A program made the translations under genes and the position numbers. Below the pieces are notes generated by a model, which saw only the letters and a list, made by a program, of their open reading frames with translations, was not told where the DNA came from and searched no databases. From an uncultured Desulfosarcina sp. (lineage in GTDB: Bacteria; Desulfobacterota; Desulfobacteria; Desulfobacterales; Desulfosarcinaceae), in NCBI GenBank assembly GCA_963674945.2, contig CAXXWQ010000004.1, positions 576,001 through 640,000 of the forward strand: a DNA stretch of 64,000 nucleotides. Reading direction: 5' to 3'. Positions 19,607 to 29,150 of this stretch are shown piece after piece (positions within the stretch are counted from its first letter, which is position 1; every line of letters begins with the position of its first letter).

Positions 19607-19794
19607 ATTGGTGCCGGCTGCGTAAGTATCCTGTCCGCCTTTGCCGTCGCCGCCCAGGCAGATGCAAAAGAACTCAATTCAGGTGAGTTGCACAGGTACC
19701 TGGCCGAGGCGGTCTGGTTCCCGACCGCTCTTTTGCCTCAGTCCGGCGTCGTATGGCGTCCCATCGGAAATACCTCCGCATTGGCCACACTCTC
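19607..19794 (+). pseudogene. internal fragment of a DUF6544-like gene
   Basis: ELNSGELHRYLAEAVWFPTALLP..VVWRPI..ALATL; no proper start or end. Confidence 0.6.
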
Positions 19795-19819
19795 TAAAAA
19801 ATGGCATAACGAATTAAAG

Positions 19820-20157
19820 AAACATCCGAAGCGATCCGTATTCTCGACCAGACACCGCACTCCTTGTTCTGGGACTACGACGCGATCGGATACATATGCA
19901 TGGGGCTGGCGACGTTGTTTGCCATTCCGGCATTACACGAGGTGGGTTTTGAAAGATGGGTGAGAGTCTCCTTTATCGCCCACTTTTTAGTGACACCGCT
20001 GATCGGCATCGTCTATTTTTATCCGACGTTTACGCAAAATTTGCTGTTTCTCGGATTGTCCTGGGCAATCACGGCACCTCTTTTTATGGTGCTGCTCGCA
20101 ATCTTGCTGCGCAGAAGACATTCATTAGCCAAAGCATCACCAAATTCATCGAAGTGA
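19820..20157 (+). pseudogene. 3' fragment of a membrane protein gene
   Basis: ILDQTPHSLFWDYDAIGYICMGLATLFA... three TM helices; no convincing start. Confidence 0.5.
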
Positions 20158-20446
20158 GGGACCGGCTCGAGATCGACGGGATCCGGAGGGTCATTTTCGA
20201 TAAGAACACGCCGGGCTTCATCTTGCTTTAGATCGGTTCCGGTGAGAAAGCCAATCAGTGCACCGGCCTCCCCTTCATGTACCCAATGTCCGCTGCCTAT
20301 CGGGCATTGTCAAATATGCAACCCGTATTCGGGGAGACCACATATTCTACCTGATTACCATCTCCATCAACAACACGCCGGAATGGATCCTTTCCGGAAA
20401 ACCCCTTCTGGCGGCCGTCGATGAAGTCGTTCTTCCCTGCATTCAG
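20120..20446 (+). pseudogene. mscS: degenerate partial paralog of the mscS gene at 14482-15390
   Basis: Collinear nucleotide similarity to about 14787-15115 (e.g. AGATCGGTTCCGGTGAGAAA identical); in-frame TAG and a frameshift. Confidence 0.85.
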
Positions 20447-21122
20447 CCTGGTCATACCGCTGACCGTATTTTCCAATCGGAGGCGGTTTGTCGGATCCAT
20501 GTTAATAAAACCGGAATGAACGCTGTTTTTGTTCTCGAACAAATCACCTCGCGGTGTCGAAAAAAGAATCCCGATAACTTCCCCTCTGTCGTTGAACCAT
20601 ACGCGGCTCATTTGTGTCGGCGTGCAGAACAGCAAGTCTAATTCTTCATTTATGGTCATGCCTGCAATGAGTGGGTGTTCGCGATCTTGAAACCCATTGC
20701 GCATCTCCTTTCGGCAAACGGGATTGTTGCAGGCCAAAAAGCCGATCGTTAAAATAACGATTGACAGGATTTGAAGGAAAACGAATCTGTTTTTCATGAT
20801 TACGGCCCTCCGTTTTTCGTTGAACGCTACTCGCCTCTCCGGATAATCTGAGGGAGCATTGGTACCCGTCGTAATGACGGAAGTTGAGGGCTTTTGAAAA
20901 TCAACCGCTAGCACAGAAAATCGATCGGTGTAAAACAAGAATACGGCACTATCCTTATTGGATTTCACCATTCTTTGAAGGTCTTCGGACAGCGTGTGCT
21001 GTTCGCTGGTAACTCATTTATTTATACTGCCGGCAGTCAGGGGAAACAATATGCAGAACTGCGTATTTATGACCGGTTATGTGGATACTAATACCCATGT
21101 AAAAACGGATTGTCCCATGATT

Positions 21123-21356
21123 TCAGCGAAGATGGGATTGGTTTGATCTCGATATGGAATCGACGATGTCATGGACGTTTTGTTGGAAAACATCCCATCC
21201 ATGATCGTATAGCGTGTGGATCCAGGATACGCAGATGTCGCCGAGTCCGCCGGCACGGGCGGAAATGGTGTGGCCTCCCGGTCTTATCCCCCGGGAGACG
21301 GCGGTCACTTCCGGCGTGACGATCAGCAGCCGAGGTGAGCGATTGTGAGCAGCCAA
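21123..21356 (-). pseudogene. glgA: N-terminal fragment of glycogen/starch synthase
   Basis: RLLIVTPEV...ARAGGLGDI..LYDHGWDV (degenerate KxGGL motif), then similarity is lost. Confidence 0.7.
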
Positions 21357-21451
21357 TTATTCTTCCTCCCCACCCACCACAATCCGTCATGGGATCAGTC
21401 AGACGAGGGGTGTCTCAGCGGATCGAACGGGTGCTCTTTGTCCCAATACCC

Positions 21452-21823
21452 CTATTCCAGATACCGCAGCCCCATTCCGTAGCGAAAGGTTTCTTCTTCA
21501 ACCAGTGCCTGTTGCCATTTGACTTCCGCCAGGCAGATGGACCGCGGCTGATCCTGAATGGTCGTATCCGGCGATGCTGGTGAATAGCGTAAAACCCGCA
21601 TAAAAATAATGGCACCGGGTCGAAACGGCAGGAGCGTCTCGATATACGACCCTTCCATGGAAAAGTTACGCATGATGCCTTCCACCGACCGCCCGCCATC
21701 GCCACTGGTGTGGTGTCGACAAGTGACGATGGCTTCGGTGGGGATGCGCGAGGCAGCGCGTCTTCTCTGTTTGGATGGTGGGTTCTTTCTCATGACTGCA
21801 TCCTGGTGTTTCATTACGATCAC
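21452..21823 (-). CDS. PilZ domain (c-di-GMP-binding) protein
   Basis: RAASR (RxxxR) and NFSMEG (D/NxSxxG); EVKW..YGMGLRY. Confidence 0.8.
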   Translation of the reverse strand: MIVMKHQDAVMRKNPPSKQRRRAASRIPTEAIVTCRHHTSGDGGRSVEGIMRNFSMEGSYIETLLPFRPGAIIFMRVLRYSPASPDTTIQDQPRSICLAEVKWQQALVEEETFRYGMGLRYLE

Positions 21824-21898
21824 AAACCCTTGCTTTATGGCCTGCCCCTGCCGATCCGAAGGCGCGGAGCGAAAGTCGAACGATCGTTTGACGACCGG

Positions 21899-22360
21899 TC
21901 AAACGGTTTTAATAGCGATCTTTTTGGGCTCGGACACCAGGGTTTTCGTGAAAACAAGATTCAACACACCTTTCTTATAGGTTGCGTCGATCTTTTCCGG
22001 GTCAACGTCTGCGGGTAGTTCCACCATACGGGTGAACGATCCATAGAGCCGCTCCACCCGGTGGACGTTATCGTCCTTCTCCTCTTTCTCCTGCTTCTTC
22101 TCACCGCTGATGGTCAGCGTCCTGCGGTCCAGTTTCACGTCGATGTCTTCAATCTCACATCCCGGAACTTCCGCCTTCACCGTGATCGATTCCTTGCCCT
22201 CCACCACATCCACACGGGGCGCCCAATTTCCCTGGCCGAAGAGGCTTCGGGACAATGGTACATCCATATCGAAAAAACGGTTGAAAAGGTTATCGATCTC
22301 GTCCCTGAAGCTTACCAGTTCCCTTCCACCCCTTCGTCTGTGGGGCATTAGATCAAACAT
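21899..22360 (-). CDS. Hsp20/alpha-crystallin small heat-shock protein
   Basis: PRVDVVE, EVPG, ERLYGSFTR, ATYKKGVL. Confidence 0.95.
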   Translation of the reverse strand: MFDLMPHRRRGGRELVSFRDEIDNLFNRFFDMDVPLSRSLFGQGNWAPRVDVVEGKESITVKAEVPGCEIEDIDVKLDRRTLTISGEKKQEKEEKDDNVHRVERLYGSFTRMVELPADVDPEKIDATYKKGVLNLVFTKTLVSEPKKIAIKTV

Positions 22361-22429
22361 GGGTGTTCCTCCTCTTGCGTCGGTTTTTATGGTTATGCAA
22401 ATCGGGTGAACGACATTCGATTTTTCCCA

Positions 22430-22738
22430 TCAAAGGCGGATGACCGAATTGTGCCCATCCCCATAGGGTGTCGGCAACGCGTCATCGGCATCCGGATCAT
22501 TGGCCCAGTGGGACGGCCCCAACAGATAGCGAAACTGGTACGCCTGCCCTACGGGCAGTTCCAAAGTGGTGCTGAAGGCCCCATTCTTAAAGTGACGCAT
22601 GGGAGTGGCCGAGGTCGACCAGTCGTTGAACTCGCCCACGACGTGGGCATTGTCGAATTTATTGCCCAATATCTCGGATATCGTAAAGGTCACTTTGCAT
22701 GTCGGCCGGCTTTTTAAATACTGTTTGCGAATCCCCAT
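22430..22738 (-). CDS. stand-alone isoamylase early-set / CBM48 glycogen-binding protein
   Basis: CKVTF, VVGEFNDW, YQFRYL, WANDPDAD, NSVIRL. Confidence 0.88.
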   Translation of the reverse strand: MGIRKQYLKSRPTCKVTFTISEILGNKFDNAHVVGEFNDWSTSATPMRHFKNGAFSTTLELPVGQAYQFRYLLGPSHWANDPDADDALPTPYGDGHNSVIRL

Positions 22739-22858
22739 GGTTTTGCCTCCAAACGATGTTCCTGGTGATAATCAATATTCTTCTTGCGATTTTATAAATT
22801 CATCAATCTGTGGCGATTCTTTTATACAAACCGGTCTTTGATCAACTAAAGTCGATCA

Positions 22859-23134
22859 CTACTCCTGAAAGACCCCGCTGAAACAGCCGGTCACCTCAAT
22901 GTCCATCCTGCGGTTTGCCAGCTTCGCAATGCGTGGCAGGGTTACCGACAAACCAAAGCGATTGATCATTCGCAACCCATCCGTATCGATGGCAACTTTG
23001 GTGGCATTTTTTGCGCTTTGGTCCAAGACATGGAGCAGTTCACAGGCGGACGACGCATCAAAATCGCCAAACAGTTGGATGGCTAAGGATTGGTCGCCTC
23101 TTGTTTTGGCGTGGATACGAAAATTTTTCGCCAT
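22859..23134 (-). CDS. small STAS-like hypothetical protein
   Basis: IQLFGDFDASSACEL..VAIDTDGLRMI..FG. Confidence 0.7.
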   Translation of the reverse strand: MAKNFRIHAKTRGDQSLAIQLFGDFDASSACELLHVLDQSAKNATKVAIDTDGLRMINRFGLSVTLPRIAKLANRRMDIEVTGCFSGVFQE

Positions 23135-23372
23135 TGATTCACCTCCGGGCAGATGGCAGCACTGCACTTTTTCGATTGATTGAATCGAAAAGGCTTCGTA
23201 GGTATGAAGTATCTTAAAAAGTCCCTTGTACTTTCGGTACTACTTCCCGTCTCGGGGATTCGATGTTCGTTTTCTTGCCGTCGATAGCGTTGTTAACAGA
23301 ATTTGTTTTTGATCAGCGGTAAAAGAGTTTTCGGTGGGGCCGATCTTTTCTACCTATGTATTTTTGATAACC

Positions 23373-25830
23373 TCAGGAAACTTGATTTCCTAATTGTTGC
23401 ATATGGCAAGCAAAACATAATGTAAGTGGTTGAAAAACAGAAAGATAGGAGTCTGAATCCAGCAGGCCGGTAAGGTATTGCAACCGGAAAATGAACATGG
23501 CACCTTTAACCTTATTATCTTGGCGGATAAATGAAAGGAAAAGGATGCCATGCCTCAACAGATACTACCACTTATTCCTCGCGGTGCAAGACAAATCAAC
23601 GGGCTTGTCAGTGTATTTCGTGACGATACGACCTGGACCTATTTTCTATCGACCGTTCCGATTTATTCTCACAGACAAGGCGATCAACGAATGTTTCGGA
23701 TGATAACAGCCCAACTGGTTGAATCCGGAGCTTGCCGCCAGATCGATATCCAAAACACATTCGGCGTATCCAAGAGCAATGTCATCCGATCCGTGAACAA
23801 ACTCAGGTCCGGCGGCGCCGAGGCATTTTTCGTTCAGCGGCGGGGACGACGCGGCGGCAAGGTTTTCAAACCTGAGGTGCTTGAACAAGCCCAACGTTTA
23901 CTGGATCAAGGGTGCTCGAAAAAAGATGCCGCCCTGGAACTTGGCATTAAATACGATACGTTTCGCAAAGCTATAGATGATGGTCGGTTAATCGAATCAA
24001 GGATTGGTGAACCGTGTCTAACCAAATCAGATCGGGACATGGTCGACATGGCTGCTGCCGATGGTATGGGGACGGCTTGCAACCGAGTCGGGGAACGCAT
24101 ATTGGCATCATTGGGCAAAATGGTTGGTGCGCCGGTTCGTTTTGACAGATGCCTGGACGTTCCCAAAGCAGGCGTTCTTTGTGCGATACCGTCATTGGTG
24201 GCAAACGGGTTGTTTACCGGCGCAAAACAGTTCCTCGGCCAAGTCAAAGGCTATTACACGATCTTTCATGTCTTGTTGCTGCTTTCGTTTATGGCCTTAT
24301 GCAGGATCAAGACGACAGAAAAAATACGAGGCCATGCTCCGGGAGAATTTGGTAAGTTATTGGGCTTGGATCGTGCACCGGAGGTTCGCTGTTTGCGTTA
24401 CAAGATGGATGCGTTGAGCGCAGACCACGGCGCGGAAAAGTGGGCCGCATACCTCGGTAAATACTGGATGGAACAGGCGCCCGAATCGGTTGGCGCGCTT
24501 TATGTTGACGGGCATGTACGTGTTTATCATGGAAAATTGACCCGACTACCGCGCCGCTACGTGTCCCGGGAACGATTGTGCATGAGGGGCATTACCGACT
24601 ATTGGGTTAACGATGCGATTGGCCGACCTTTTTTTGTCGTCGAAAAGCAGATCGATCCTGGATTATTGGCGGTTTTAAGAGACGATATCGTTCCCCGGTT
24701 GTTGCAAGACGTTCCGAATCAACCCGGTTTGCAGCAACTACAAGAGAACCCATGTTTATGCCGGTTCGTTCTTGTTTTCGACAGGGAAGGATATAGTCCC
24801 GCATTCTTCAAGGAAATGTGGGATCGCCATCGAATCGGCTGCATGACGTATCATAAGCATCCTGGTGAATCATGGCCGGAGCATTGGTTCACCGAGTATG
24901 AAGTTGCGATGCCAAACAAAGAGGTGGTGAAGATGCGGCTTTGCGAAATGGGTAGTTTGGTGGGATCTGGTAAGGGTGCAACATGGATGCGACAAGTGCG
25001 AAAACTGACCGATTCCGGACACCAGACCAGCGTAATCAGCACCGCTTTCGATTTGCCGCATACTCAATTGGCAGCACGCATGTTCAGCCGGTGGTGTCAG
25101 GAAAACTTTTTCAACTATATGATGCAACATTTTGATATCGATGTGCTTTTAGATTATGGTGTCGTTGAATTTCCTGATACCGAACGGGTAATCAACCCCG
25201 TTTGGCGGCAATTGAATCAATCCCGTAATTCGTTGCAGAACAAGCTACGATATCGTCGTGCCTGTTTTGCCGAGATGACCATTCACCCTGAAAATGAAGA
25301 CAAACCGGTAAAGTTTAAGAAGTGGATAGAGAAAAAGGCCGAGCTGTTAGAAGAAATCGAAAAGATGGAGTATCAACTCAGCGAGTTGAAAGAAAAACGA
25401 AAACAGACAAGTAAACACATCACGTGGGGAGAACTTGAAGCAAAAGATAAATTTTTACGTTTACAACCGGGCAGAAAACGCCTGATGGACACGGTTCGTA
25501 TGATTGCATATCGTGCAGAGACGGCAATGGTTGGGTTGCTCACGGGTCCGACGGTAAACTCGTCGGATGCACGGAGTCTTCTCCAGACACTGTTCCAGAC
25601 CGAAGGCGATGTACTGCCCGATATTGAAAATCAGCAATTGAATATACGATTGCACGGCGCTTCGTTCCCAGCGGCCAATCGGGCTCTTTGCCAACTGTTT
25701 GCGCATCTGAACAGTGCGCAGGTAAAATACCCCGGTACCGAGCTGCAAATGATATTCGAACTAAATGGCTGCAGCACCTCAAATCATGCCGGAGGTGTCA
25801 CATAGTTTTCCCGGAGATGCAGTGTTCTGA
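23373..25830 (+). mobile_element. insertion sequence, about 2.46 kb
   Basis: Imperfect terminal inverted repeats TCAGGAAACTTGATTTCC vs TCAGAACACTGCATCTCC (13/18 by eye) flank one large ORF; right end abuts a truncated gene. Confidence 0.7.
23550..25805 (+). CDS. putative DDE transposase with N-terminal HTH domains
   Basis: YVDGH, VFDREGYSP, RWCQENFF acidic triad; HTH-like segments; fills the element. Confidence 0.85.
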   Translation: MPQQILPLIPRGARQINGLVSVFRDDTTWTYFLSTVPIYSHRQGDQRMFRMITAQLVESGACRQIDIQNTFGVSKSNVIRSVNKLRSGGAEAFFVQRRGRRGGKVFKPEVLEQAQRLLDQGCSKKDAALELGIKYDTFRKAIDDGRLIESRIGEPCLTKSDRDMVDMAAADGMGTACNRVGERILASLGKMVGAPVRFDRCLDVPKAGVLCAIPSLVANGLFTGAKQFLGQVKGYYTIFHVLLLLSFMALCRIKTTEKIRGHAPGEFGKLLGLDRAPEVRCLRYKMDALSADHGAEKWAAYLGKYWMEQAPESVGALYVDGHVRVYHGKLTRLPRRYVSRERLCMRGITDYWVNDAIGRPFFVVEKQIDPGLLAVLRDDIVPRLLQDVPNQPGLQQLQENPCLCRFVLVFDREGYSPAFFKEMWDRHRIGCMTYHKHPGESWPEHWFTEYEVAMPNKEVVKMRLCEMGSLVGSGKGATWMRQVRKLTDSGHQTSVISTAFDLPHTQLAARMFSRWCQENFFNYMMQHFDIDVLLDYGVVEFPDTERVINPVWRQLNQSRNSLQNKLRYRRACFAEMTIHPENEDKPVKFKKWIEKKAELLEEIEKMEYQLSELKEKRKQTSKHITWGELEAKDKFLRLQPGRKRLMDTVRMIAYRAETAMVGLLTGPTVNSSDARSLLQTLFQTEGDVLPDIENQQLNIRLHGASFPAANRALCQLFAHLNSAQVKYPGTELQMIFELNGCSTSNHAGGVT

Positions 25831-25926
25831 AGATGGCGTAACGCTCAAAAGCACGGCATCCCGCATGGAGCATAAAAAAGAGATCACGATTGCGAGGAGA
25901 AAAAAGCCAGCCAGAAGTGTAATCAT
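25831..25926 (-). pseudogene. 5' stub of a CNNM/DUF21 (CorB/hemolysin-family) gene cut by the IS
   Basis: MITLLAGFFLLAIVISFLCSMRDAVLLSVTPS with RBS; ends at the IS boundary. Confidence 0.75.
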
Positions 25927-26089
25927 CGTTTTCCCTTTCGTACTTTCGTTGGACAATAGAAATCGATATTGATGAGAAGATGGCAACGAATGCGGATTGT
26001 CCCATCGTTCTTATGCTTGGCTTGCGAACAACTGATTCGATTAAAAGTCCGGAAATTTGGAATGCGGGCGGCTGTCGAAGTTGGGCTTG

Positions 26090-26770
26090 TCAAAGAGAAT
26101 GCAAATCGAAATGCTCGGATCGAACCTCTTCACCCGGCGCCACGATCACGAAGTCATCATCCCATTCCGTTTCCATAAACTTCTTTAAAAATTGATTCGA
26201 ACCGGGAATTTCTTCATAATTCAGATCAAAAAGATCGGCGACCATTTTGGCGTATTTCCGGTCCGATTCGAGACTCGATTGGTGATTGCCAGAATCAATA
26301 TACGCCAGCCGCGTATAATTCTTGATAACCATTTTCGCGACACGCATGGCCTTTTTTTCATCGTATCTCTTTTTCATCGCACAATATTCCGTATATGGAT
26401 CCTGGCCGGATTCGATCCACCCTCTGGACAGATAAAAAGTGCCGGGCGCCTGTTTCATTTGGCGCAAATATTCATCACAAGAGCCCAACAGCAGGGCGAT
26501 ACAATCATAGGTTTTCGGAAATACCATTTTCGCCGTATTCGATTTCAAACCAATAACCGAATTGCCGCACAATCCATAGCCAAACAAAATTACATCCACT
26601 TGATCAGACGTTGCGTCGATCTCGGCCTGCAATTGAGCGTGGAGACTCTTTGGTACATTATGCAACCCATACTCCAACATGGTCATTTCAAAATTTTCGG
26701 GCAGTATCGATTTGAGTTCCTCGCCTACGGTCTGGCATGCGATGATTTTAATCCGAGAATCCGCTCTCAT
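26090..26770 (-). CDS. DUF1638 domain protein
   Basis: IIAC, GLHNVP, GYGLCG, DCIALLLGS, GTFYLSRGW. Confidence 0.9.
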   Translation of the reverse strand: MRADSRIKIIACQTVGEELKSILPENFEMTMLEYGLHNVPKSLHAQLQAEIDATSDQVDVILFGYGLCGNSVIGLKSNTAKMVFPKTYDCIALLLGSCDEYLRQMKQAPGTFYLSRGWIESGQDPYTEYCAMKKRYDEKKAMRVAKMVIKNYTRLAYIDSGNHQSSLESDRKYAKMVADLFDLNYEEIPGSNQFLKKFMETEWDDDFVIVAPGEEVRSEHFDLHSL

Positions 26771-26831
26771 TTTGTACAGGTCCTTTGCAAAGATTCTATG
26801 TTAGATCATTCAGGGGTGATTTTACCTCATT

Positions 26832-29150
26832 TTACGGGACTCCGGCCAGTGAAAAAGGAGCCCAGTAGTAGGGATGATGATACTGATTTTTAATATGAAG
26901 CTGGGCCGTCCGTAAAGCATGTAGCATACCTTTTTGGGGAATATTTTCGTAGAATTTCACCATCAGGTCTTTGGTCGCTTTGTCATCCACTTTCCATAAG
27001 CTGGTAACGATGGTGCTTGCCCCCGCATAGAAAAATCCACGTGTAAAACCGACAACATCATCTCCACCGGCGATTTTCCCGAGACCTGTTTCGCATGCAC
27101 TTAAGGTCACCAAGCCTGCATTGAATTTCAGTGAATAGAGTTCTCCCACCGTTAGAACCCCATCATTTTGATTATCCGGGGCGAGAAGCAATGCAGACTC
27201 TAATGGTTTACCATCGTTAAAAGCACCATGGCTGGCAAAATGAAGGATGTTATACTTGGCGGCATTCTGTTTTATATACGTTTCGGTGGCGTCAGTTCTC
27301 AGCAGAACGGTTGGATTCTGAAATTTTTTGGATATGGAAACCGCTTCATGCTGTGTGAATACGAGATCGTATTCTGGATTTTTGAGGTCCGGATTACCCA
27401 AAATCAAAGCCCTTGCATCATTTGAGATCTCTCTTTCTTTCAAATAGATAAGAACCGTGGCGCTGGGGAGAATCCTCGTTTCATATCGCTGGATTAAATA
27501 TCCACCTCCATCATTTAGCGCAGAGAAAGGAAGATAGTGCAGCCGCCCATGAGGAACGATCGTAAGCTGCCTTCCAGAGATGAAATCACCGGCGGGCTCA
27601 ATAAGTTGGCTGTAGAGTTTATAGCTCCAGCGGAGGTATTCAGAGGAGTCAGGGGTGACCAAGGATTTTCGGAAAAGAGAAATATTTCTGTAAAGGTCAT
27701 TCAAAGGCGTCTTAATCGCCTGGATGTTTTTTTGATCGAGTATGAATACAATAAGATCTCTCTCGCTTGTATAGTACTCGATTAACGTTTCATCATTTTT
27801 GATGAGCGCTTGAATTGCCGCTACGGGTGTTTTGTTTACGCTGACGAGAGATGCAAGTTCTGGATCTATATTGGACAGAGAATTGTTAAGGTTGACAATA
27901 ATACCCCGATGCTTTCTCTGGCTTGTTTTTTCCCCGGGCAATGGTGTTGCTTCGAGCTTTTGCAGCCGATGAATGATCGCATTCGCATTTTCGGAGTTGG
28001 TCGTCCTAGCGGCAAACGTTTTTTGAGAAGCAAGAAGATCAACCAGGGATCTCGCTTTGGCTCGCTCGACTGTTTCAAAGGCTTGTTCGGTCAATCCTTT
28101 TTGCAAAAAAAGTTCCGTCAATTCCTGATAAATGGTTTGTTTGTCACCAACAAACCCTATCCGCCCGGTATCCGTATCAATGGTGGATCTTTGGCGTTCA
28201 ATCACATCCATTGCCTTTATTAATATTTCGATTGCCAGATCCGGATCATTTTGGTGTCTGGCAATACGTGCCCGATCATGAAGAATGACCCAGTGCATAC
28301 CTCCCAATTCTTCGATTCGGGGGTGATTCAGCAACTTGTCATATCCAAGTGCCGCTTCAGACAGTCTTCCAATCTCGTAAAGGCACTTTGTGCGGATGAA
28401 ATACTTCGGAACATCCTGAAAGCTTGCGTCATAGCGCAACACTTCGTCTTGGTCGACCTTGGCATTGGGATTATCAATGGCCGCTAACGCTTTGGCATAA
28501 TTTCGGGCCGACAGGTAAATCTTGCTAATGCCGATATATTTTTCCGGGCCGATGACGCTGTTGGCAATGCTTACATGTGAAATTTCCCCGGCATCTTGTT
28601 CGGCTTTTGGAATATTGCCTGTCAGGGCAAAGGCGATTCCCCTGGATGTCAATAAATGGATCAGTTGGTACCGGTAAAAGGACTGGTTGTTCCGACCTTC
28701 ACGATGCAACAATGCATACCCACGATTTGCATCATTAAGCGCATCGGAAAAATTTCCCAGATCTAATTTTGCTCTTGCTCCGATCATGATCGGAGTAACC
28801 GCAATATCCTTTCCATGATGCTTGCTGTCCCCTGCCCCGATCTTTTCTTCCAATACGGTGAGTTCCGTGAACAAGCGATCATAAATTTTAAGCGCATAGA
28901 GGGATTCACACAGCCACATTTGCTCCCAGGCGGTAAGTCGTACCCCCCTGCCCTTTTTCCGATCCAGAAAATTCACTAACTCTTTAAAGTTGTTGGATTG
29001 TGCAAGGACACCGATATGAAGATCATCATTGCTGGGCATTCCACTACCACTGCCGGAAACGTTATGGTGTTGGAGAGATTGTGGTCCACAGGAAATTAGC
29101 AACAGACATCCAGATATGATTACTACGATTCTCCGTAATGTCATCTCCAT
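26832..29150 (-). CDS. TPR-CHAT (caspase-like) protease, predicted lipoprotein
   Basis: LLLISC lipobox; TPR-like helices; ERAKARSL, IVPHGRLHYLPF, LHFASHG, LSACETG, SLWKVDD, HPYYWA. Confidence 0.92.
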   Translation of the reverse strand: MEMTLRRIVVIISGCLLLISCGPQSLQHHNVSGSGSGMPSNDDLHIGVLAQSNNFKELVNFLDRKKGRGVRLTAWEQMWLCESLYALKIYDRLFTELTVLEEKIGAGDSKHHGKDIAVTPIMIGARAKLDLGNFSDALNDANRGYALLHREGRNNQSFYRYQLIHLLTSRGIAFALTGNIPKAEQDAGEISHVSIANSVIGPEKYIGISKIYLSARNYAKALAAIDNPNAKVDQDEVLRYDASFQDVPKYFIRTKCLYEIGRLSEAALGYDKLLNHPRIEELGGMHWVILHDRARIARHQNDPDLAIEILIKAMDVIERQRSTIDTDTGRIGFVGDKQTIYQELTELFLQKGLTEQAFETVERAKARSLVDLLASQKTFAARTTNSENANAIIHRLQKLEATPLPGEKTSQRKHRGIIVNLNNSLSNIDPELASLVSVNKTPVAAIQALIKNDETLIEYYTSERDLIVFILDQKNIQAIKTPLNDLYRNISLFRKSLVTPDSSEYLRWSYKLYSQLIEPAGDFISGRQLTIVPHGRLHYLPFSALNDGGGYLIQRYETRILPSATVLIYLKEREISNDARALILGNPDLKNPEYDLVFTQHEAVSISKKFQNPTVLLRTDATETYIKQNAAKYNILHFASHGAFNDGKPLESALLLAPDNQNDGVLTVGELYSLKFNAGLVTLSACETGLGKIAGGDDVVGFTRGFFYAGASTIVTSLWKVDDKATKDLMVKFYENIPQKGMLHALRTAQLHIKNQYHHPYYWAPFSLAGVP

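Noticed and set aside
20297..20971. 224-aa minus-strand ORF as an intact gene
   Set aside because: Its 3' part is the antisense of the mscS relic. At most a lipoprotein-like 5' stub from about 20797 is real, and support is weak.
26832..29150. Craspase (Csx29) or gasdermin-associated defence protease
   Set aside because: No Cas7-11, Csx30 or gasdermin-like neighbour, and the protein carries a lipoprotein signal.
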